Under the pieces are notes generated by a model. The model made no database searches and was not told where the DNA came from. It saw only the letters and a program-made list of their open reading frames with translations. From IMG/VR virus record IMGVR_UViG_3300042402_002792: 40,562 bases of DNA; one strand, given 5' to 3'. The translations under genes were made by a program, and so were the position numbers. Position 1 is the stretch's first letter. Every line of letters begins with the position of its first letter. Below are positions 22,421-29,694 of the stretch, piece after piece. Origin of the DNA: a virus (lineage: Duplodnaviria; Heunggongvirae; Uroviricota; Caudoviricetes).

Positions 22421-22731
22421 TTTAATTTAAACCAATTCGCTTCTTTTTCGGTACGCAGATAAATCTTAAAGTTATCAAAATTAGTATGCCAACACCATTT
22501 GTCATTTTTGCCAACTGCACTGTCGTCTAGCATTAACCAAAAGTCTAATTCACAACTAGGTCCGTAGGTTTCCCAACACCATTCTCTAATTTGATTAAGA
22601 TCGTTTGCTTTTTGTATTGCAGACTGCCGTCCGTAGTTGATATTAACTGCTTTTTCTATAATAACAATGTACTGCCAAAACTGATTGCCGTTATGCCGCT
22701 TGTCAGTTTTCTTAAGTGTAAATCTCATCAT
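22411..22731 (-). CDS. LRW-family small protein
   Basis: IREWCWETYG...IYLRTEKEANWFKLKW. Confidence 0.8.
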   Translation of the reverse strand: MMRFTLKKTDKRHNGNQFWQYIVIIEKAVNINYGRQSAIQKANDLNQIREWCWETYGPSCELDFWLMLDDSAVGKNDKWCWHTNFDNFKIYLRTEKEANWFKLKWL

Positions 22732-23345
22732 TGATATCCTATGTCTGCAGCCAGTACAAATCTAAACTCATCTGTAGGATTTAGTCCTGGCCTGTGCCAG
22801 ACTTCACTAGGATAGATATTCCATGTATGACTGTTTGGTTCTATATAAAATTTACCGTCAGCCTCAGGACCATTTGGTGCAATCTCTGTACCGGCCGCAC
22901 TCGCCGGAACATGTAGATACAGTATGCCGCTAAGACCTTTCATACCGTGTTTGTTGTGATGATGCCACAGTGTGTTACGGTCTGGCTGTGTCTTACGATC
23001 AGTCATATAAACCCAAGCCATCATATTTGATACCTTGTGTTCATTACCTAGGTATAAAAATACACTGGTTAAAAACGACATCCGATACTTGAGCCAAAAA
23101 GGCTCAGCTCTACTAAACACATTTTCCTGCGTTTGATAAGGCGGACTGTTTTTAAAATAATTACCAGCATCGACAATAGATTGAGCACAGGCTATTGCAT
23201 CCTTGCAGTCTTTGTCTGTGATCAAACTACTATAGTCGTAGCTTTTAACTAGATCACTCGCTGGTGTGCTTGCAACTGTGCCTAAACTGGAACCCTGGGC
23301 AGGTGCAAACCCACTTACCATTTGAGCCTGTGACAATGTATTCAT
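22728..23345 (-). CDS. putative 2OG-Fe(II) oxygenase-like protein (start uncertain)
   Basis: WHHH..LSGILYL..IYPSEVWHRP..RFVLAAD. Confidence 0.7.
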   Translation of the reverse strand: MNTLSQAQMVSGFAPAQGSSLGTVASTPASDLVKSYDYSSLITDKDCKDAIACAQSIVDAGNYFKNSPPYQTQENVFSRAEPFWLKYRMSFLTSVFLYLGNEHKVSNMMAWVYMTDRKTQPDRNTLWHHHNKHGMKGLSGILYLHVPASAAGTEIAPNGPEADGKFYIEPNSHTWNIYPSEVWHRPGLNPTDEFRFVLAADIGYQ

Positions 23346-23601
23346 TACCTTTGCTTCCTTTTATTACTTTAGTTATTACTTTGGCTTCTGCCTTTTTAAC
23401 TATTTTTCCGTCAATCTTTACAATGTTTCTACGCTGAATAACACGCACGGGCCATTCTTGAATACCTGTAGTCAAACAGAGCTCATCTGGGTTTGTGTGT
23501 TTGACTTTAACTTCTTCACCTTCATACTCAAAGAACTCAGGTTGCTCAAACATCCAAATATGTTTACGTTCAAATTCTGGATTACGGACAGTAACTTTCA
23601 T
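23254..23601 (-). CDS. SWIM zinc-finger protein
   Basis: GSKGNEYIV...WVCTCPGFQFRHSCKH. Confidence 0.85.
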   Translation of the reverse strand: MKVTVRNPEFERKHIWMFEQPEFFEYEGEEVKVKHTNPDELCLTTGIQEWPVRVIQRRNIVKIDGKIVKKAEAKVITKVIKGSKGNEYIVTGSNGKWVCTCPGFQFRHSCKHTSE

Positions 23602-23630
23602 TTGGCACTCCAAACGGTTGTTGATAGTGT

Positions 23631-23704
23631 ATTATAATACAATGTGGTTAATAAGTCAATATCTTTTGGCAGAGGTTGACAAATATGTACAATACCTATA
23701 TAAT
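23631..23704. promoter_or_regulatory. back-to-back divergent sigma70 promoters at the strand switch
   Basis: Minus: TTGACT-17-TATAAT (23631-23659); plus: TTGACA-17-TATAAT (23676-23704). Confidence 0.85.
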
Positions 23705-23737
23705 AAGATCATTGCGCTATTTTAAATTGATACTCTT

Positions 23738-26236
23738 ATGAAACAAACACCAAATATTCTTTGGGATACCAATCCGGGATTCCCCAGCTCAACTCGATTT
23801 AAAGAGTTTACTAAAGATGCTGTTGCTTATAGTGACAACGTTTGGTATGTTAATGAAGATCTTAAATTACTAGATACCACAACATTGAGTCAGCCCAAAT
23901 TGTACGCATGGGTAACCGAAACTCAGTTTGAGCGTAGAGAAGTCAAAGAAGGCCAAACCAATCAAGAAACTGCGGCTCAGCGTGTAGCTCAATATCAAAC
24001 TACAGAAAAGCGTATTATTGTTGATATTATCATTGACAACGCATTTTTAGCTTCCGGTGCTGACCAGGAGTTTGCAGGATATAGAGATCAAACTCAAACA
24101 AATACTTTAAAATGGATCCGTGACGAACGTGCGTCTGATGAGATTATTTACTATAAAGAGTGGGAAGATTTTGAAACGGCTCCTAGCCTGCGCCGAGAGG
24201 CACTGCGAGCATGGACCAACAACGAACAAGCTGGTCGTGTTAATTTAGAACAACGAGTTCCTAGCCTGTTAATGCTTTATACTTATTTTGCTAATCGAGA
24301 TATTAGCAATCCTGTGCTAGGAATGTTGTACGTCTATGAATTGTGTGCTCGTTTTGGTAAAACAATTTGGGCATTAAGTTTGTTTGAACTCAGCGGGCAC
24401 CATACTATGATATTTGGTGCTTACTACCTTAGTAGTTTTGGCAGTATTAAAAACGAACTGGCAAAATGGGCACAGTTTAGCAATATCAAATATGTAGATA
24501 CTCGTTCACTAAACTGGACTGAGACTTACCAGCAATATCAGAAACAAGGATATAAGGTTGTAGTATTATGCAGTTTACAAGCCACTGACTCAGGTTGGTC
24601 TAACATTGCACAATGGTATAACAATAATCAAGCAGGTATGGTAATACTTGACGAAGTTGACTTCGGTGTTCATACAGATCGTACCAGTAATAGATTGTTA
24701 GATATCATTGCTAATAGCGAAGTAGTAGCCATGAGTGGAACAAATGCCGACAGAATGAATAACGGCATTGTTCAAATTCATCGCTTTGAAAGTTATACAA
24801 TGGAGCAGATGTTAGAGCTTAAAGATGCTCTCAAATCAGATGCTACTATTGCACCTAAGGCTCTTAAAAATGTAAAGAAGGTAGCCCCTAGTGACTTTTG
24901 GAATAATGTTACTGCCAAAGACAACCTAGACGAAATTCCAGAATTAAGCTTTTATCAAAGGCACATCGCAGGCGATACTGACATGACCTTCGCTAAGTTG
25001 TTAGCTGACCCAACTCAATATAAAGGTATTGTTTACAAAGATAGTGTCATTCTTGCAGGCGCAGATGATGAGTTTGCACACCTTAGTTTAGATAATGTAA
25101 TTGCCAAAGCTTCTAATGAATTACGCAAATTGCGTAAAGACGCAGAGCATGAACTGTGGGATGTAATTGAATTTGTAGGTTATAGTACTAGATTAGAAAA
25201 TCTAGATACTTACGCTAACATTCGTCAACAGGCCTTTGATGCAGCCAAATTTAAATGTAAGGTTGTGGCTGTACACGGTAATCGCCAACACGTAGCAAAT
25301 AATGCTAGTGCAGGTTATAAGAAAGGTCAGGCAGTTGATATTGAAACCAGTGAACACTATGTTAGAGATGTAAAAGAACAAGCTTTAAAAGAAGGCTATG
25401 ATCGAGTTTGGATCGTTGCATCTGGCATGTGCCAACGAAGTTTTAGTGTAGGATCATTGACTGTAGTAATGTTAAGCTTTGACAAGGGAGAAGCTGGTGG
25501 AGTCAATCAAAGGTGTAGCCGACTAGGCACTCCTTATATGGGTAAGACTGCGGGACTGGTTATTAGCAATAGTTTTGCTTCAGAACGAGATGACAAGATT
25601 CAAATGCTTTTATATAAAATGGCTAAGAGTCGAGCAGCTCGCACAGGCGAAGATCTTTATAAAGCCATGCGTGATGTTAAACTTAGCAAAAGTATTTTTA
25701 AGATCGGTGACAATGGTCGTGTGATTCAATATGAAATTGACGAGTACCTAGCAGAGTTAGCTAAAAATAAAACTGGCATTAGATCTAATGTAGTGAAAAC
25801 TCTAACTAGAGTTATCTATGAACTAGATGCCGAGACAATTGACGTATTCCGTAATGGAACCAAAGGACAGGGTAAACCACAAACTAAATTGGACAGTACC
25901 TTTTACGATAAGAAATCAAATAACAAGGGTTCTAAAACTAACACAGTAACCAAAGAAGAAGTTAACGAAGTTCTTCAAACTGTTGAAAACCTAGTTAATA
26001 ACGCACATTTGATCGACGCATTAGGGCAAGAAGATGGCAATCGAGTTGGCTTTGTTCAAAGTTTGAAAAATGTTTGTCTTAACAATGAGCTTACTGAATC
26101 GTTTATTGACGAGTTTAACTTGACGCCAGAGTTGTTCTGTAGTATAATTGAACGTAGTAAAGATATCGAACTAGATATCGAAACCACTTTGAGTCTTAAC
26201 CTTAGATCCGATAGGGATATTGTTTCTTATGTCTAA
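23738..26236 (+). CDS. SF2 (DExD) helicase with N-terminal GIY-YIG/T5orf172-like nuclease domain; restriction-enzyme R-subunit-like
   Basis: Walker A ARFGKT, Walker B ILDEVD, motif III MSGT, motif VI QRCSR; N-terminal LYAW..VKEGQT..QRVAQ..EW. Confidence 0.75.
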   Translation: MKQTPNILWDTNPGFPSSTRFKEFTKDAVAYSDNVWYVNEDLKLLDTTTLSQPKLYAWVTETQFERREVKEGQTNQETAAQRVAQYQTTEKRIIVDIIIDNAFLASGADQEFAGYRDQTQTNTLKWIRDERASDEIIYYKEWEDFETAPSLRREALRAWTNNEQAGRVNLEQRVPSLLMLYTYFANRDISNPVLGMLYVYELCARFGKTIWALSLFELSGHHTMIFGAYYLSSFGSIKNELAKWAQFSNIKYVDTRSLNWTETYQQYQKQGYKVVVLCSLQATDSGWSNIAQWYNNNQAGMVILDEVDFGVHTDRTSNRLLDIIANSEVVAMSGTNADRMNNGIVQIHRFESYTMEQMLELKDALKSDATIAPKALKNVKKVAPSDFWNNVTAKDNLDEIPELSFYQRHIAGDTDMTFAKLLADPTQYKGIVYKDSVILAGADDEFAHLSLDNVIAKASNELRKLRKDAEHELWDVIEFVGYSTRLENLDTYANIRQQAFDAAKFKCKVVAVHGNRQHVANNASAGYKKGQAVDIETSEHYVRDVKEQALKEGYDRVWIVASGMCQRSFSVGSLTVVMLSFDKGEAGGVNQRCSRLGTPYMGKTAGLVISNSFASERDDKIQMLLYKMAKSRAARTGEDLYKAMRDVKLSKSIFKIGDNGRVIQYEIDEYLAELAKNKTGIRSNVVKTLTRVIYELDAETIDVFRNGTKGQGKPQTKLDSTFYDKKSNNKGSKTNTVTKEEVNEVLQTVENLVNNAHLIDALGQEDGNRVGFVQSLKNVCLNNELTESFIDEFNLTPELFCSIIERSKDIELDIETTLSLNLRSDRDIVSYV

Positions 26237-27530
26237 TAATAGCCTAACATCTAGAGCTAGATTTTTTGCCACAGAGCCTTATCGAATTATGGCAGAATCT
26301 ATCCCTGAACAGTTATTGAGCAAGACAGGCACTAGTCCTTTCTATGGATGTATTGCTCTACCCGGTGCAATTCATTCACGTAGAAAAAGTTTCAATATAG
26401 AAACAACGGAGGACAATTTGATTATATTTGAAAGCAATAAAGTGTACAATAAATATGCTGACGGTTTAATGCCCGAAGTTACTAGAAACTGCACAATGGA
26501 TACTATCAAGTATGAGGACCATGCTGTATTAAATCTTACAGCCTATGATCCAAAGTTTAGCCTAAGAAATTTACCTTACCAGAAACCAGGACAAGGTCGC
26601 GCTAATCTGTATCCCGAGTTAATTAAAAACGAACTCAAACACGGTTATGAATGGACTGCTGATATTCTGCCTACTGCATGGCTTCGTAGCGACAGCGGCG
26701 ACTTAAAACAGACAAGGAACATTTTTCTAAATAAAATGGGCCTGTACAAAATTATTGTACTACCTTTTGACACATTCAAAGACTTTGGTGCAAATTTAGA
26801 AACAGCCATTTATCTTTGCAAGAAGGGTTATACTGGCCCTATTGAAGTAGGACACTTAGGTAGTACTGAAACTTATCAGTACGACTTCAGATCAAAAGAT
26901 GTAATCATTACTCCACGGAGCGATGAAGAAGTTACTTTTATTTTTAATTGCGTTAAACAATCCCATTATGAAGTTAAAGGTGTTGGTTCTGCCTTTAAAG
27001 GTGTTAAAGCAACTCTTAGCAATACAAAAACAAAGACACATCAATTTCCTGTAATTGATAAGTTAAAAAAGACTCTCAAGGATTGCGCTATCAAATACAG
27101 TGATAGACAATATGATACAGACGCAGACAAACATAGAGTTGTTACAAGTTATTTGGCAGCTGGCTGGGGTAAAGGTGATAAGCATTATGGTAATCTTGTT
27201 TATGTCCCACCTGGCTACCAGTTAACTGGAACATACAAATATATTGTTGTCGATGACAAAGTACAAGCTGATGCTATTGTATTTTATCTAAACACTAAGT
27301 TGGTTAGATACTTGGCACATTACTGGAGAACTAGTCGTACATGCGATCAGCCGCAATGGAATAGCATTCCAAAACTGACTAAGTTTGATTTAGATACTGA
27401 AGACAAAATATTAGATCATTTTATCTCTAGTGATGTATTAAAGGAAAAAATTAAAAATGACAGGCTCCACGAAACAGGCAAAGAAGTTAAAATCAAAAAA
27501 ACAAAAGCCGACAAGAGTAAGCAGAGCTAA
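26229..27530 (+). CDS. Eco57I-like N6-adenine methyltransferase/specificity protein with degenerate SAM-binding motif
   Basis: NLPYQ (NPPY-like), NLY, ILPTAWL, F..A.LETAI; TRD-like C-terminus with YLNTKLVRY. Confidence 0.65.
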   Translation: MSNNSLTSRARFFATEPYRIMAESIPEQLLSKTGTSPFYGCIALPGAIHSRRKSFNIETTEDNLIIFESNKVYNKYADGLMPEVTRNCTMDTIKYEDHAVLNLTAYDPKFSLRNLPYQKPGQGRANLYPELIKNELKHGYEWTADILPTAWLRSDSGDLKQTRNIFLNKMGLYKIIVLPFDTFKDFGANLETAIYLCKKGYTGPIEVGHLGSTETYQYDFRSKDVIITPRSDEEVTFIFNCVKQSHYEVKGVGSAFKGVKATLSNTKTKTHQFPVIDKLKKTLKDCAIKYSDRQYDTDADKHRVVTSYLAAGWGKGDKHYGNLVYVPPGYQLTGTYKYIVVDDKVQADAIVFYLNTKLVRYLAHYWRTSRTCDQPQWNSIPKLTKFDLDTEDKILDHFISSDVLKEKIKNDRLHETGKEVKIKKTKADKSKQS

Positions 27531-27927
27531 AAAAGGCACCCAGGAGTTTTTTACTCCTGAATATATTATTGATCTAATGATTGATAATGTTCCAGAAGAT
27601 TTCTTTAAGAACAAAGAAGTGTTCCATGAAAGTTGTTGCGGCAATGGCAACATACTAGTTAAAGTATATAACAAGTATAGGCAGTTTCACGATCACGAAA
27701 CAGCACTAAATTGTATAATGGCATTTGATTATATGCCAGATAATGTTGCAGAAGCAATAACTAGATTATACGGTCCAGGCGAAGTAGTTAAGCTAGATAG
27801 TATTCCTGCTGACATGCAAACAATGGGTATTATTGCAGTTTTTACACATAACGGCAATATAGTAAAAAACATAGTTTGCGCTGATGCTTTACATTCAACC
27901 TTTAATTTTCACTTTGAATATTCTTAA
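27457..27927 (+). CDS. short N6-methyltransferase SAM-binding module
   Basis: EFFTPEYIIDLM, ESCCGNGNIL, FDYMPDN, NIVCADAL; ends before any NPPY. Confidence 0.75.
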   Translation: MTGSTKQAKKLKSKKQKPTRVSRAKKGTQEFFTPEYIIDLMIDNVPEDFFKNKEVFHESCCGNGNILVKVYNKYRQFHDHETALNCIMAFDYMPDNVAEAITRLYGPGEVVKLDSIPADMQTMGIIAVFTHNGNIVKNIVCADALHSTFNFHFEYS

Positions 27928-27957
27928 TTCATAAATACCCTGCGAGGTATTTATGAA
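27928..27957 (+). promoter_or_regulatory. late promoter CATAAATA inside a 12-bp hairpin masking the RBS and ATG
   Basis: TTCATAAATACC-CTGCGA-GGTATTTATGAA. Confidence 0.75.
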
Positions 27958-28777
27958 AGTATTAGTAACTGGCGCATCAGGCTTCATTGGCAAGAATATG
28001 ATGGCCTTCTTAAGCAAACAACCAGAGTGGCAAGTAGACGGCTGGGATTGGGATCCTAATGACTTCCCCGATGTAAGACCTTACGACTGGGTGGTACATC
28101 TAGGTGCTATTGCTGATATGACTGAAACAGATGTAGATAAAGTTCTACAACAAAATTTAGAATTCAGCCAACGCTTATTCAACGAATGTAATCGACACGG
28201 TGTACATCTACAGTATGCCAGTTCATCTAGCGTCTACGGCAATACTAAAGACACTAGTGAGTATGCCCCCTGCTATCCTCAAACAGCCTATGCATGGAGC
28301 AAGTATCTATTTGATCGTTGGGTCTTTCAACAAGAACAACACGTAATGGTACACGGATTTAGATACCATAATGTTTACGGCAAGTGGAACCATTTACGAG
28401 GCAAACGTGCTAATGCTATCTACAAATGGCGCCAACAAGCAAAGAAAGACGGCTACATTGAAGTGTGGGAAAACGCAGAACATATCTATCGAGATTGGAC
28501 TTGGGTAGGAGATATTTGTCGCCTGCACTTAGATTTTATGACTACTGTAGTAGGCAGCGGAATATGGAATGTAGGCAGTGGATTGCCGCACTCATTTTTA
28601 GATATTGCAGAAGCTATTGCAGAACAAGAAGGTGTTGAAATACGTACAATTCCTATGCCTGACAGTGAAAAGACACGTTTTAGACAAAGAACCTGTGCAG
28701 ATCTTAAACATTTAAAAGAAACTATAGGCAAGCGTAAATGGCTCAATGTATATGAATGGATTGACCTCGAAGCCTAA
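27953..28777 (+). CDS. NAD-dependent epimerase, ADP-L-glycero-D-manno-heptose 6-epimerase (HldD/RfaD)-like
   Basis: VTGASGFIG, HLGA, YASSSSVYG, YAWSK, FRYHNVYG, RD.TWV.D, NVGSG. Confidence 0.85.
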   Translation: MKVLVTGASGFIGKNMMAFLSKQPEWQVDGWDWDPNDFPDVRPYDWVVHLGAIADMTETDVDKVLQQNLEFSQRLFNECNRHGVHLQYASSSSVYGNTKDTSEYAPCYPQTAYAWSKYLFDRWVFQQEQHVMVHGFRYHNVYGKWNHLRGKRANAIYKWRQQAKKDGYIEVWENAEHIYRDWTWVGDICRLHLDFMTTVVGSGIWNVGSGLPHSFLDIAEAIAEQEGVEIRTIPMPDSEKTRFRQRTCADLKHLKETIGKRKWLNVYEWIDLEA

Positions 28778-28795
28778 CCTGCTAAATACGTTATC

Positions 28796-29053
28796 ATGCG
28801 TATTAGTGAAATTATAACCGAACAAGAAGTCAGCGAAAAAGCTAGCAGAAAACTATGCCTAAGCACTACGCCTAATAGCGAATTAGGCGCCAGCAACCTA
28901 GCCAGCTGTAAAAGCCAGGGTTTACGTGCCCGCGAAGGCAACAAAAGCCATAAGATGGGCAAAGGTCCAGAAAGCCGTATGGTCATGGGTGGTCATAAAG
29001 TTAAGGGCAAGAAATATGGCGGGAAAATTCCAGACTGGGGCACACGCAAATGA
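28796..29053 (+). CDS. small basic late protein
   Basis: TAAATA 7 nt before the ATG; MRISEIITE leader. Confidence 0.75.
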   Translation: MRISEIITEQEVSEKASRKLCLSTTPNSELGASNLASCKSQGLRAREGNKSHKMGKGPESRMVMGGHKVKGKKYGGKIPDWGTRK

Positions 29054-29691
29054 GATTTAATGAATTTAAATTATTTGAAAATGTTTTTGACCCAAAAGTT
29101 AAAAAGTTACAAAAACTATTAATAGCTAAAGGATATGATCTTGGACCAACCAAAGACGATGGTATTATGGGAAAATTTACAAAAGCAGCCCTTGATGCTT
29201 ACCGTGCAGGTATTCCCCCTAGCCAGGTAAATGTTCCTGGTAAAACCACAACTTCAAATCGTCCTTCTTCTACAGTTATTACACCTAGTCAACCAACAGA
29301 CTCAGCTGGAAGCATAATGCCAACTAAAGGGCGACTAAGTGGAAAATACGGCCGAATGGTAACTGGACCTAACGGTAATAAGATTCCTCATCCTGGAGTA
29401 GATATTGCAGCACCCACAGGAACTCCTGTAGTTGCTCCAGAAAACGGTAAAATTACATTTATAAAACTTGGAAGTCCAACAGCTGGCGACTACATTGAAA
29501 TGATGACTGCTGAAGGTGAGAAACATAGATTTTTACATTTATCAAAAATTGAAGTAAAAGTCGGCGACATTGTTAAAAAAGGCGACTTAGTTGGTCGTGT
29601 TGGTAGTACTGGATTTAGTACAGGCCCGCATTTACATTGGGAAAAATATGCAGGTGGCCGTCAAGTTGACCCTTTAGCAGATATAGGATAA
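29050..29691 (+). CDS. peptidoglycan-binding domain plus M23 metallopeptidase
   Basis: VKKLQKLL...DGIMGKFT (PG_binding_1); HPGVDIA, HLS, STGPHLH. Confidence 0.9.
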   Translation: MRFNEFKLFENVFDPKVKKLQKLLIAKGYDLGPTKDDGIMGKFTKAALDAYRAGIPPSQVNVPGKTTTSNRPSSTVITPSQPTDSAGSIMPTKGRLSGKYGRMVTGPNGNKIPHPGVDIAAPTGTPVVAPENGKITFIKLGSPTAGDYIEMMTAEGEKHRFLHLSKIEVKVGDIVKKGDLVGRVGSTGFSTGPHLHWEKYAGGRQVDPLADIG

Positions 29692-29694
29692 ATC

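Noticed and set aside
214-22462. Plus-strand ORFs antisense to the minus-strand operons (e.g. 214-459, 5939-6283, 15145-15588, 19835-20140)
   Set aside because: Shadow ORFs without RBS or motifs, opposite well-supported genes
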